Shown: positions 1 to 13,690 of the stretch, piece after piece
Position numbering within the stretch: position 1 is the first letter of the stretch
Layout of the letters: each line of letters opens with the position of its first letter
DNA from: Ophelia neglecta
Taxonomy: Eukaryota
Direction of reading: 5' to 3'
Length of the DNA: 64,000 bases
Assembly: GCA_965285935.1 (NCBI GenBank)
Contig: OZ260662.1
Location: forward strand, 89,218,001 to 89,282,000
Made by a program: the position numbers and the translations under genes
Notes under the pieces: model-generated
What the model was told of the DNA's origin: nothing
Databases searched by the model: none
What the model saw: the letters and a program-made list of their open reading frames with translations, nothing else

Positions 1-232
1 CATGACTTTCAGGAATAAGTTCATTGGGCAAAATTCCCGAAACACTTTCTCCCCAGAATCATTAAGTTCAGGAGTTATTTAATTGGTATAAACTCCTGCA
101 TGTCACTCCTCGACAATGGAATGATTCGTATTTACATAGAAAATACCGGCCATACGCTCTTATCATTACGCACAGCTTCCATATAAACCATGAAAATGGA
201 TTTTTGTGGCATCTTAGACTGTGTATTTACAG

Positions 233-3200
233 ATCTGGTGAATTGTGTCATAGACGATGGCTATTACCCTGACCCCGACGACTGTACAAAATGGAATAGA
301 TGTTTTAACGGCGCGCTCATTGACTCGGATAACTGTACAGAGGGACTAGTAGCCTCACCAGAACCCTTAATAAAGTGTAACTATGAGGGTTCCGTCAGCT
401 GTGCCTCCGATCTGATCATACCCACACCGCGTAAGTCTCCTTTATATAATAGATTCGTACCTTACTGACATTTTTGTACTCTATAGATAATGCTAAAACT
501 AATATGAAAGACCAACGCATTGACCGCTCTCCGTTATATGGCTTGTTGCCCACAACTATATGAATGGTGTGATGATGGTAATAGTAAAGAACCAACTGTA
601 TAGGGGTATTCCTTTTTTGGAAACAATGCAGTTATTTACATCCCCACAAATAAAGATGTTTTTCCGAATTGATTCCAAATAATCGCCGCTTGATCGAGGA
701 AGGCAGTGACGTTATCCTTTTTCTAGGCGTGTGACAGCAGACCTTTGTAATTAAAAAACGCTCAGAGGGTCATTTAATCATCAGAAAACACCAGTTTATA
801 CAGTCCTAAATTATTTGAGGTATATACTTCTTTTAACAAATATGAACGGCATATTAGTGAAATTCTAAATGCGCCTAACGATTTTCCTGTAAATACAGCA
901 CCAGTTTTAAGCTGCCTCAACGTCACCTGTGAAAATGCAGCGACCTGTGAAGACACGGTGGCCGGCTTTATGTGTGTATGTTCGTCCGGCTTTACTGGGA
1001 GATTATGTGAAAGTGGTAAGTTTCCATTTTGGATATGCGTGCTACATGTGTAAAGGATTATCAAATCTGCCAATCCCAAAATACAAGGGCAAGAAAATCT
1101 CGTGCATGGAAATTATACAGTTTTGTGTTTTGTTAGGCCGAAGGACAGTATATAACAGCATTTCCAGACGTGCTCCTAATTAAGACAAGAGGCTCCTGGG
1201 TTGAGGTAAGGGTTAGCATTGGACTCCTGTGGGACCTTTTATACAGGGACTTCCAAGAGGGTCTCTGTATTCGGCGCTGCGTTCGTGGCGCTGTTTGTTT
1301 AGCCCTGTTGCTCTGGCCCGCAATGTGAGCGGCAGTTGGGACAGCGGAGTGGCGAATACCGGGAGCCCATCCAATACGCAAACACCATGCAATACACTTT
1401 AATATAATTTCCAAAGTCTAAAGCATGCTTCTAGGTTTTCATGTATGGAAAACAATAACGATTTCTTTTTGATTCATCTGGCAGAGATTATTGCCTGTGA
1501 GAAGATAACATGTGAAAATAACGGTACCTGTGTGAATGGCGCAGACGGTTTTGAATGTCACTGTCCAGCTAATTACATAGGGACCAGATGTGAATCTGGT
1601 AAGTGCTTCAATAAATCCTTTTTATAACAATATTGTAAATTAAGTTTCGTTAAAATTCTGTAGCCTGCTGTTTCCTATGGTATTTATATTTTGAAGATAG
1701 AAGGTTGACAGATGTTTAAATTTATTGTCAGTAATGGAGCCATGTGATTATACCCCGTGTAATAATGGCGGGACATGCGTCAACCAGGGGGACGATTTCA
1801 TGTGTATTTGTGCGGCATGTCCATGTGCCACTCAGAATTCTTCTACTTGCGATGAAGGTTAGATCATTATTTGCAAATTTATCCTAAACACTAGGTATTT
1901 ATAAAGTCTATTATACACACATTTGAGTGTGTGAAATGGTCGAGCGGCGAGGAGCGAGTTAAAAAAGCAAGGAGCGAGATAAAAAGTCGAGGAGCGAGTT
2001 AAGAAAGCGGGGCACGTCCTCAACCACGAGTGACATGTCCGATAATTCTCCCGTACACATTTGAATTGAGAATCAAAATATAACAGCCGATGCCAGAAAG
2101 CACGTGGTAAATGAAAAGGAAGGTATTTGCGTGCCAAGTGTCGCCTCTCGTCACTCGCAAACAGCAGATATGCCAGCTTATTCAGGTAGTAGTAAATAAT
2201 GTCGGTAACGGTATATTGGTTCGAATCGAGTTCAGGGGTTTGCCTCACACTGCGCACGCGCATGGCTAAATAGAGCTAGGCGCGCTTCGACTATTTAATG
2301 GCACTTTTTCGACTTCGACTATATTATGACATATTATGGAAATTAATCAACCATTGCATTAGCATTGCTGTGGAAAATATTCTTTCACGTAAATTTGCAA
2401 AATTTGTCTTATTGACCTTCCCCTCGCTTTCTTAACTCGCTCCTCGACTTTTCATCTCGCTTCTCGCTTTTTTAACTCGCTCCTCGCCCCTCGACCAATT
2501 TACACACTCCACACATTTCCAGATCGATAATTCGACAGCATAATAGAATCCCTTGTGAATTTTCTAGTGCGATTTCATGGAGTCTGTATATTGGTCAAGC
2601 GGCGAGGAGTGAGTTGCAAAAATCGAGGGGCGGGAGGTTAAGGGATTATCCAGTTCTACACTTCCTGATATACACCTCTGGAGTAGGCCAGATATAAAAG
2701 GAATATATTACTTTTGCTGTGTAATTTGCAAAGGCTTCCAGGGATCATGCCTGTTCTTCTACATTCCCGCTTTTTAAATGGGCAAACATGTGAAGAAGCA
2801 AACTATGTAGGAAAAGCGTTAAAAACATAACAATAAAATTGCCGCATTAAAGCGGACTAGAAAGCTAGAGCCCGAAAAACAGTGGCGCAAAGCCCTAAAA
2901 AATGACTGCGCCACAAAAGCCGCTCGTTTCTATATGGTGAAGGAATTCGTCACTTAAAGCGGTAAAAATGTGGCACAAACAGCAGTTACCATATATATAG
3001 GCGTCGGACTTGGTGGCAGATCTATAATATACTTTTTGTGAAGGCCACATGCTCGTTTAACTCACTGCTTGACTTTCCATATCATCACCGGCTTTTGTAA
3101 GTCGCTCCTCATAGCCGGACCAATTTACACTTAATATTTATGTCGAGCAATAACGTTTGGTCTTTAGCCAATTTTTTACATTGAAAAATAGTATAAAGTC

Positions 3201-3706
3201 CCCTCTAGTCGCACATTTAGTATGGCCACAACAGTTATGCTACTTGAGAAATACTAAACGTTTATAATTATATGCATGGTCGTTTTGATGATTATGACCT
3301 TATGTAAGAAATCAAATTTATCCAGGAAGTTTGTATAAAATATAAAATCAACATTACCACATGTGAAGGTGTACAATGTTTACCGGTGCTTCTATAATAT
3401 ATTCCTCTTTTCGTATTAACGCAGACAGTATATTTCGTAAAATATTTGGACTCAAACCTTACGGTACTTTTTCGCCCCACAGACTTTATGTCATGCCAGG
3501 GAAAGCCGAATGGAGCCTATCCACACCCTGATGATTGCACTTTAGTGATTGATTGCTGGGACGGCCTTGCTACGGTCCTTCCATGTTTACCACCTGGCAC
3601 GGTATTTGACCCCTCTCAGGGTTGGTGTGACGTGCCAGCCGATGTACCGTGTGCTCAGACCTATATAGACACAACGTCTTCACAAACTGGTACCACCGCT
3701 CCTTAG
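233..3706 (+). CDS. Paralog A, 3' part: spliced CBM14-EGF-EGF-EGF(8 Cys)-CBM14 exons (233-430, 899-1015, 1485-1598, 1732-1857, 3483-3706); 5' part lies outside the window
   Basis: AG/GT-bounded exons of 198, 117, 114 and 126 nt, all phase 1-1. Six-Cys peritrophin-A spacing (C..GYYPDPDDC..C..C..C..C) and EGF spacing. Collinear with paralog B. Confidence 0.85.
1925..2509. mobile_element. Mutator-like (MULE) MITE, 585 bp
   Basis: About 85-bp TIRs starting GAGTGTGT (gagtgtgtgaaatggtcgag / ctcgaccaatttacacactc) and a perfect 9-bp TSD cacacattt (1916-1924, 2510-2518). Absent from the same intron of paralog B (~49650). Confidence 0.85.
2580..3130. mobile_element. Older MITE related to the 1925-2509 element
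   Basis: Degenerate TIRs gagtctgtatattggtcaagcggcgaggag / cgctcctcatagccggaccaatttacact. Also present in paralog B at ~49737-50282. No clear TSD. Confidence 0.55.
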
Positions 3707-4413
3707 AGGTATACATTGGCGACTCGAACTACAATTGATATGTCGCTGACTGGTCACTTTAAATGACGTGAACTACTGGCTGGCAATAAACTGTTTTACC
3801 GCAGAAATCGCTGAGGTCGCTCTTGAGATATAAGCCCACAAACGACATAGATACAAACGCACGTGTTTTGATGTAAGTTGTAACAGTCATTATTTTGACA
3901 ATTGCAGAAAAATCCGCATATTTTCATGTTGTGAGCAAATTCCTGAAGGAGAATATTCGTCAGAATATACGGGCCAATATAATGTTGATGTAGGAAATGT
4001 TTGCAATACCCACAGTTTACTTTTAGTCATTACTTGTGTCTTATATTACTATTATCACAAAGAATATGAAGCATGTCACTGGTAACTTACGTTGCACATC
4101 ATATCTAAGGGTAGTAGTATAAATCCATTCTAATAATGTTATAAATTGACTATTTCGGAAATGATGAAGGAGTAGCGATTTCAGTCTTCTTTTATCGTTA
4201 TCCGAAAAATAATTGTAAACTTCTTCTTGTGTTAAATATAATAATCCATAATCTTTCTTCCTTTTTCTTATTTCTATTTCCTTGTCTGGCAAACGGATCA
4301 AAGTCAACAAATAATTATGATACCAAATATCGGGTCTCAAAACCAATTTTCCCGTTGACTGAAGAATGGACATTTTGCGTCATTTAGGCGGGTAAATGTT
4401 AAATCGATATATG

Positions 4414-4921
4414 CATTTCCTTAGTATTTCAGCCGTTAATTGTCTTACGTCACGATACAGGATAAAATAATATGATACCACACATAACTTTTTTTTAACT
4501 TACGTAGTGATTATTCAATTTAGCCGCTTGTTTTATGGCGGATCTTGTGAAAAGTAGAGAATCATTAAGACTTTCTTACGAACCTTACCATTACAAAACA
4601 ATCAATTTGCCGAATTTCTTGCGAATCCTTTGCGAATTTTACGAATGCTTAAGAATGCTCTCGCAAATCTTGCGAATGTCTGCAAACGCCTTACGAATGA
4701 AACAATTAAGTGGCGAATTGCACATAAACTTCCGTTATAGTTTTGTTTTGTCAATTGTTTGCCAGCCGCCGCCGAGTCAACATCGTCATATTCAGAATTA
4801 TTTATTGGATATCTATAAGAATCGCTTGCGATTGCTTACGAAAATGTTGCAAAAGCAATCAGAATTTGATTCCCTGGCGAATTTAAAGCGCTTGTTCTTA
4901 ATAAACACCCCATGAACGACC
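4414..4921 (+). repeat. ~510-bp segment repeated at 10726-11233 and partly at 55541-55909; includes part of a probable non-autonomous DNA transposon rich in TTGCGAAT/TTACGAAT motifs
   Basis: Direct sequence match, with near-identical spurious ORFs at 4535, 10847 and 55734. TIR-like end tgtgagcgcagcatta at 5031-5046. Confidence 0.8.
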
Positions 4922-5869
4922 GCGTGTGCTCAAAAATGTTCACGAACACCTACTAATGTCATTTTGTGATCCTTGCGACTTGGTGGCAAATCGCTTTCGT
5001 TCGTAAGCCAATTGGCAACCATATTCTCCATGTGAGCGCAGCATTAAAACCCCAAGTAATCAAATTATTTATTTGTTTATACAAATGTCCGGTGTACAGT
5101 CATATAGGATTGATTAAAATCTGAATATCTTTGCCAATGTGGCTAGATGAACCCAATAATATATTGGTTAAGTATCCTACAACAAAAATGAATTCCCCCA
5201 ACCCGCGACTGCGAAACATACTTCTGGCTGTTAATCGCACGGTTTACGATGAATAAGTCACACTTGAAACAGATTATGTCAAGGCGGACAGTCAGTTCCT
5301 TGGTTACAATTACGCTTCTTAAGAACAAGTTTTTTTTCAGTGATCGGATTACATGTATTGTTCGTTATGCAGAGAGAAGGCTTGGTTGTTTAGTGCCAAC
5401 TTTTTTATTTCAATGATATTGTATTCTTATCTTGAGGACGGGCTGGTGATAAGTGTTTAAATGTGCCTAAGCGATGGGACATTTTATTTATGTTGTCATG
5501 CACGTCTTAATTGGTGCATTTATTTACAATAATTAAACTTTACAATACTCTAAGAGGCCTTATACATGCGCATGTACGATTCAACCTTCTATTTCTGTTT
5601 AGTGTGCATGTTGCACCGTGTTTACCTTTAATATGTGCTCTTCGAGATTAGGTTCGAGATGATTTTGTTCCAATCATCATGCTAGTCATGCCTGTTTAAA
5701 CCACCTTTTAAGCGTTAACCGCTCCACATAGGCAAACAGTGTCTAAAACTAAATACCCTGTGTAATACCACTTACATTATAAATATGGCCCCAGTGAGAA
5801 GCGTTGTTTATTAATGGGCCATAATTTGACCTTTTTGGGAGGCGCTGCGGTAGAAATGGTAATGTAATT

Positions 5870-8800
5870 ATCGCTCAGAACCGTTATGACAGTGTCAACA
5901 ATGGCCTAACCTGAAAATGCTCACTTTATGTCGACAGCTTTTGGCAGAAGTAAAGTATGACAAAAATGAGACTTTGGAGGAATTAAAATCAATAAAATCG
6001 GAGAACAATATGCTTAAATGTAAAATAGTGAAACTAGAAACGGAACATGATCATATGAGGAAGGAAATTTCCGAATGCAAAATTGATTCATCCAAAACAA
6101 TGGATTACGTGAATAATGAAATATCTAGCCTAGGGGATTCTCAAAATGAAAGATGTGAAAATATAAAATTTTACCTAAGGCAGCAATCACCAAAGGTCTC
6201 CGAGACTCAGAGCAAAACCCTTGAGAAAATTGATGAATTAGAGTGTGCCCTTAATTCACATAAAAATGATTTTATTAAGGTCAAAGCTGATGTCTCAGAG
6301 AACAAAAAGAGATGGGACAAGGGCAATGGTGAAGTCGCTGAAAAGTTTAGTGGCATGAAATGTGACCTGAATACGATACATGGAAAAATTGTGTCCCTTT
6401 CGGATACGGTTGGTCACTTTATATCAGGTGGGGGTGGTATACAACCAACGTACCATTTCAAACCATTTATGATGCATCCTGCTAAAAATATTTCCTGTGC
6501 GCACGACTAATCCAGCACGAGCTCCGCGGCCTGAGAGTTTCGGCCCACAGAGACCGACTGAAATAAATACAGCACAGCAAACCGGCAACATGCTGCCAAT
6601 CCCTTGTTCCCCAGCGCGTGATCAGAAACAAATGAAAGAAAAATGTACCTCTAACTTTATTGATTCTGAAACAAAGCGGGACACGGCAGATGACTCCTTA
6701 GAACCCCACTTGTCTGGTTTTACCTTAGTGAAACGCCGAAGTCGTCCTAAATTAAAAGTTGTATATGTTGGCAACATATTGGCGAAGTCAATGAAACAAG
6801 TTAAGCGTGATATATTGTCTCACTGTAAAAGAAATAGCATACTTGCTAGACGTGCCGCCCCTTACGGTTGTCGGAAGACGGGGAGGCTTCTGCACGTCTC
6901 ACCATTGATGAAAGGGATTTTGATAAGCTAATTGATAGGTCATTTTGGCCAGACTGTTTTTGTGCCGGGAGTGGAAATTTGAAAATTAGTCGAAATTTAG
7001 GCCTATATTAAATGTGAAACTTGGGAAACCAATCAGAGTTATTTCCTTTAACTGTGCTGGGGCTATGGCATCTGCCATGTATTTGTGTCATTTGTTATCC
7101 CTTACTGATATTTTATGCATTCAAGAACATCACTTAAAACCATACTCCATTGGTTTCTTGGAAACGCTCGATCATAACTTCAGATGTTTTGCTAGATCCG
7201 ATAGTCGTACAGCCGATCTGAAGTATGGAAAATGTGGAGGTATTGCCATTATGTGGCGGAAAAATATTGATTATATAGTTACGAAGATAACAAATATGGG
7301 AGATGACAGGTTGTTGGGTATAAAACTGTCTGGTATAGATAAAAGTGGTGATTTGTATATGTTAAACACTTACTTACCCAGTACAAATTTGCCTGAGGAG
7401 AAATTCGAGGACAATGTAGCAAAGCTAGGAGATGCTTATTCATACTGCGATGCCTTGGGACAGGTAATTGTAGCAGGAGACCTAAATGCACAGATGGGTA
7501 CCGCCGCGGGACCCCGTGGACTCGAGCCCCAAACGAGGCGAGGAAAGTTGCTCTTTGAAATGTTAACCAAGGTTGGCCTTCAATCACCTGTATGTTCAAA
7601 TATGTGCACAGGCCCGAAATATACTTTTCTTCCCCGAGAAGGAACTAAGGGGACGCAGATTGACCATTTTCTTGTCAATAAGGATGGGATGGGGCACATG
7701 AAGTCTGTTACTGTATTGGATGAGAATGTTATGAACACGTCGGACCATCTTCCCATAACTGTAGAATATGCATACTCGCCTCCTCGACATGAAGTTTATT
7801 CCCGTCCGCTACACAATTGGCGTAAAGCTGACAAGATGGGTTATCAGCAGTGCATAGCCAGTGAATTAAATACAGTAAACTTTGAATCCGAAAAGAATCA
7901 CCAAAGGCGAATAAATGAAATGTCAGTAGCGGTGTCGGAGTGCTTAAACAGAGCTGTAACAATGTCGGTCCCAACTTCTTATACCGCTCACTTTCAAAAG
8001 GCCTACTGGGGCTAACGAATTGGAAGAGTCTCATGCTGCTCAAAAAAATTGTCGCCAATTGTGGAAGCAACAAGGATCTCCTAGAGGTCCACAATATGAA
8101 ACTTTTGCTGCATATAAAAAAGCTAAAACACGTTTTAGAATTCTGCAATATTGCAGAATTAAATCCCAAAATGAGGACAGAATGACCAAGATAGACCTAA
8201 ACTATGACTCTGATATAAGTGCGTTTTGGCGTTATGTTAGGAGAAAAAGAGCGCCTGACGAGTCCTTTCATAGCATTCAGGTTAATGACCAGACTTACAG
8301 TAGCCCTGATGAATTGTTAACCCTATGGAGCAGACATTTCTCGATGCTACTCAATGAACAGCCAAATGAGAGGGCAGATTGGGACGAGAGGTTCGCACAG
8401 CAAGTTAGAAATGAGATTAAATTGATTGAAAAGTCTAGTTTTGTAGATGATGCCTCGGGTGTATTGTCATACGCTATCACTGCTGCCGAGATAGAGGCTG
8501 TCATAAAAAAATTACCCCCCAGAAAAGCTCCCGGGTTTGATGGTATTACGTACGAGGCTTTAAGATATGGGGGGCAAAGACTTACTGAAATACTAGCTCA
8601 ACTCTTTAATGACATAGTCACTAATATTTATATTCCCAATGCATTTAAGAAAGGTATCATTGTTCCAATTTATAAAGACAAAAGGAAACCTAAAAGTGAC
8701 ATAAATTCATATAGAGGGGTAACATTAATGCCCGTACTGAATAAAGTGTTGGAAAAGGTGTTAATGCAGCGACTCAGGTCATGGTTGGATGCTGAAGGTT

Positions 8801-10728
8801 TTCCTGGCCTATTACAGCATTGTAAAAAAGAATCAAATAATGTAATGCTATCATTTGCTGTGCAAGAGTCTATAATGTGTTATACTGATAAACGTAGCAA
8901 GGTCTTCTCGGCATTTCTAGACGCTGAGAAGGCGTTCGATAAAGTGTGGTGGGACGGGCTTATGCTAAAATTATACCGTTTAGGAATCCAAGGGCGGTTG
9001 TGGCACCTTGTACGTTCTTGGTTTGACGGCTCAACGGAAATGGTAATGATAAATGGTGTAATGTCTGATGAAGCCTGTATATCGAGAAGTATTAAACAGG
9101 GTGGAATCCTCTCTTCCTTTTTCCACTCTGTAGCGTACCATGATATCCACTCCCATATTGCTACGACGGGGGATGGTATCAGAGCTGATGGGTTTGATGT
9201 TGGGAGCCCTACGTTGGCCGATGACACAGCACTGATTTCTCCAACTCACAATGGGCTCCAGCGCATGCTGAATGCCGCCAATGAATATGCTAGGAAATGG
9301 AAACTAAGTTTTTCTTGCCCGAAGAGTAAGATTATTGTCTTTGGGGAAAGTTAAAGGGAGCAGAGAAACAACAGCTTGAAACGTCAATGGACCATGGGTG
9401 GAAAACCTCTGGAGGAAGTTTTCAATGATACCCACGTGGGGGTGCTGTTATCGGCTGATCTGTCTACCAAGTCTCAAATTTTTGTATCATGTTCAATAGG
9501 TCGGCAGCAAATTGCTGCTATGGCGGGTGTCGGGGTGAGGTCCAGTGGCCTCAATCCTATCATCTCAGTCCGGTTATGGGAGAAAGTGTGTATACCGTCC
9601 GTGCTTCACGGGTGCGAAGTGTTGAATTCTGTAACGGCTTCAGAATATCAGTCGCTGGAGAGAGCACTGCCATATGTCGCCAGGGCCATCCAGGGGTTCC
9701 CGCGCCGGATACATAATGCAGTCTCTCTTGGTGCGCTTGGGTGGTGGTCAATGGAATCGGTGATCGACATAAAGAAATTGATGTTTTGTCAAAAGCTTAT
9801 AACTCTGTCTGACAAACATTTGTCTCGTCTTGTTTTTAACTGTCGCATGGCAAACTGGGGTTCGGAAGCATCTAGAGCTACTGGCTTTGTCCCAGATATT
9901 TTTAGAATAGCTGTGAAATATGAGCTTGACCAGTACGTAACAAATTGTATTACTACTAACACAATTCCTTGTAAATCACAGTGGAAAAGCATAGTGAAAG
10001 GGGCAGTTGGAGAACGAGAGCAAGCATTGTGGCTGACTGAAGTCAATTCGAAGACGGGGTGTGGTGTCTTTAGGTTGGTTAACAGAGAATTGGCACCCTC
10101 ACCTCTGTATCAATTTGCCAAGCGTCATATCAGATGTAGCAACAATGTGATGAACATGTGTTATTTATTTTCCCTGTATAATGAAGCGTTTGATATTACT
10201 TGTATTTTGTGTGAAAAAACTATCCAGAGGCCTATTGAACATATGTGCTGTGATAACGGATGCCCAGTACTGTGCCAAATCAGAGATAGCTTTAGTGGCA
10301 TATACTTGTTGATGTTTTGCCGGTAAGAGAGTACATTGTAATTGATATGTGTAATGAAACCGAACTGGTGAATTATTTCATGGGAGATGTTGTTGTAGAG
10401 GATGCTGAAGCGCATGACCTAGCTTTGGAGCTATTCTTTGAGACGTCTGGCCCCCTGGCAAAGCGTATTTTCCGTTTAGGTTACAGGCCTTTATCAGGAG
10501 TACTGGCAAATTAGTGTATATAATTTTGAAATGTGTATTGAATACTTATATGAAGAGTGTATGTAATTTTGATATGCAATTTGAAGATGTGTAATGCCTA
10601 ATATTAATAATGTATATGACTATATATTTTTTTATGTTGAATGTCTGTTTATTAGCTTGATTGAATGTAATGTTTGCTCTCATTAAGTTGAGGAATATAA
10701 TAAAATACATATATATACATACATACAT
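5870..10728 (+). mobile_element. 5'-truncated, disrupted two-ORF non-LTR retrotransposon (RTE group, RTEX/Proto2-like; clade tentative)
   Basis: Coiled-coil ORF1 pieces (5917-6990). APE endonuclease (SFNC, QEHHL, AGDLNA, IDHF, TSDH), RT (YRGVTL, FLDAEKAFD, KQGG, LADD) and C-terminal CxxC..H..C. AATAAA plus (TACA/TA)n tail. Frameshifts and stops. 5' boundary approximate. Confidence 0.9.
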
Positions 10729-11233
10729 TCCCTTAGTATTTCACCCGTTATTTGTCTTACGTCAATATACAGGATAAAATAATATAATACCACACACAAC
10801 CTTTCTTTTACTTACGTAGTGATTATCTAATTCAGCCGCTTGCTTTATGGTGGATCTTGTGAAAAGTAGAGAATCATTAAGACATTCTTACGAACCTTAC
10901 CATTACAAAACTATCAATTTGCCGAATTTCTTGCGAATCCTTTGCGAATTTTACGAATGCCTTAGAATGCTCTCGCAAATCTTGCGAATGCCTGCAAACG
11001 CCTTACGAATGAAACAACTAAATGGCGAATTGCACATTAACCTCCGTTATAGTTTTGTTTTGTCACTTGTTTGCCAGCCGCCGCCGAGTCAACATCGTCA
11101 TATTCAGAATTATTTATTGGATATCTATAAGAATCGCTTGTGATTGCTTACGAAAATGTTGCAAAAGCAATCAGAATTTGATTCCCTGGCGAATTTAAAG
11201 CGCTTGTTCTTAATAAACACCCCATGAACGACC

Positions 11234-11791
11234 AGCAGACTCAAGTGATTTACTAGTTCCTAGTTCCTAGTTCCTAGTTCGAATTAGGAAATGGCTTGAG
11301 TATCATTGATATTGATAAAATTGATATTTACTTACTCTCGGCGATTAATGAACAGTGAATCGGTAGGTGCCATTTCCTAATTCAAGGTGGGCCAGAAAAT
11401 TTTGCCACGGGTACTTGTGTTTTATAGGCGTTTCACGCTCCCAGGATCATTTCTAGATGGCCAATTTTGCATGTTTTTTCCCGCAAATTTTATACCACCT
11501 CCGACCTCTTGGCGTTCCCGGCGGCGCCCGGTAGGCTAACTCGGCTGGCGGCCTCTTTCCCCTCAACTTTCAATGGGCGAAATAGGGCCAAAAACCGCCG
11601 GATTTTGATTCTTTTTGGGCAGAAATGATCACTAGGGGTCATAAAGAGTGATATTGTGTGCTTAGATCTAGGTTGGTAGGTTTATTTTGAATAAGGAACT
11701 AGGAACTGGAATTAGGAAATGGCTTGAGTATAATTTCCTAATTCGAACTAGGAACTAGGAACTAGGAACTAGTAAATCACTTGAGTCTGCT
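11234..11791. mobile_element. Non-autonomous TIR element (MITE), superfamily unassigned
   Basis: Perfect ~58-bp TIRs agcagactcaagtgatttactagttc(ctagttc)3gaattaggaaat, with an internal direct repeat gaattaggaaatggcttgagtat. No TSD visible. Confidence 0.85.
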
Positions 11792-12879
11792 TGATTTTTG
11801 GCGGATTTCCTCCTTTATATGTTTTTGTTTAGGTTATTTTGCCCTATGGTAGATTCCGATTTACAGGTAACATCTTATTTTTTTCGATATTACTCACATA
11901 CGAGATTGATTGGAATAATTCGTAGATGGTATATTTGAGATGTCAATTAGCTCGCTACCTATATAAGAGGTTTTTCACTGATACACTGTTGTTATTGAAC
12001 TCTGCGTCCGGGGCTTGTTTAGCCCTTTTAATAGCATGGGTTTGACAAATTAAATTTTGAATGATGGCATTTATCAACAACTAGGTTATAATTTTTAATC
12101 TATAAAAGTGGTACTATAAATCATATTTGCATGGCAAAACCGTTTCTGAAAATATTGTATATGTATAGAAGTTTTTTGTTTATGAACAAGCATAGCTATG
12201 TATTTTTGTGTAGACGTAAAAAAGTCCGCTAAATACATAAATAAAATCCAGATTTGACACATTATGAATGTTCTTTATCAGGACACATAATAGTTGTGCA
12301 TAACGAAGAGCCATGAACATATATATTGTTCAAACATCGACCAAGAATGGGCAAGATAACATGCCACAACTTCAAATGAGGATTGTACAGGTATTAATTT
12401 TGAATAACCGTTATTCTAAACAGAGTGCAGTCGAAGAATGCATTTAAAAAGAAAAATAACGTATAAATGATACTGTTAATATAAAAAGGCTGATAATTAA
12501 GAATATATTATTGCGCATGCCTTTGCTGGAAGACGGACACTCAATGCATGGCGACGTTTTTTTGCAGTCAATGTACTAGGAACACAGTGAACCACAAGAA
12601 GGACTAAAGTAGGCGGTGCTGAAGCTCTACTGTCGTTGGAGAAAGTGCAAAAGCGATCTCAAAGGGATTCTCATTCGCTCAAACCGATTGTTTCTGTAAG
12701 TACTGTAAGTAAGTAAGATTCAGTCTAAGCTCCGATATGAGGGGGTTTAATTAGGGATTAAATACAACGATATGGCTGGGTACTAGCACTAGCTATTCAC
12801 CTTAACGAGCTGAAAATAGAAAATTCCAAAACAATCCTTGTAAACCAAAGGGATGCTCAATGAAGACGCCCACATTATA

Positions 12880-13690
12880 TACATATATACATGTATACTG
12901 ATATTAATTCTTTGTGCACAGCGACCCGGGACTTCGACACATTCACCTTGCTGTAAACCGCGCGGATTACGACGACAAAGGTACACAGTGTGGCGAAACA
13001 GACTATGTCAGAGCTAACAATCAGTTCCGTAATCATTTAGGACGGCGTTGTTCAGTCAATGGGTTGCCATGTACAGTTCGTTATGTCAGTGACAGCCTGA
13101 TTGTTTTCTATCGACGTTTTTATTCAATTAATGTTGAATCATTAGTCTTATTTTCGGGACGGGTTGATGGTAATATTTAACATACCGAATTGATGAGACA
13201 GCTTCCTTAAGATTGTCAAGTTATGTTGATAATAACTGTACAATACTGTGAGAGGCCTCTTACATGCGGTTTGTACATTTACGATTCGACTTTCTCCTAT
13301 ATTACAGTTTAAGGCACATTTTGCACCGTCCTCACCTTTAATTTATGCTCCTCGAGATTAAGATTCGAGATAAAATCGATGTTTTTTTTTGTCAATCATG
13401 TAATCTAAACATTCATAATTAAATGTTGTATCTTGTATTTCTTATCTCGTATCAGGTTTATAGTATGCTAGTGCAAAGCACTGATACTCGGCTCAAAATA
13501 TGGTTGGCAGTGGTATCTAACTAAATACTTTCTTACGGTCCCACATAGGCTTTGAAAGTCTACAACCAATTATCCTGTGTAGTACAGTAATACCACTGAA
13601 CTTTGGGGTATCGTCCCAGTGAGAACCGTTGTCTTGACACAAATGAATCGCGGAAGGTAAATATGGGTAATTTGAACTTTTTCTGCATGA
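12880..13690 (+). repeat. Diverged copy of 5130-5840
   Basis: Collinear shared blocks, e.g. gaaacagaYtatgtca, tacaatact..agaggcct..tacatgcg, ttgcaccgt..acctttaat..tcgagatta, cccagtgagaaScgttgt. Confidence 0.6.

Noticed and set aside
4535-4915. 126-aa ORF repeated three times
   Set aside because: It lies in a motif-rich repeat, its stops differ among copies and it has no domain features.
7279-10415. Antisense and alternate-frame ORFs over the LINEs (also within 26252-47140)
   Set aside because: Shadow ORFs of retroelement coding sequence with no independent motifs.
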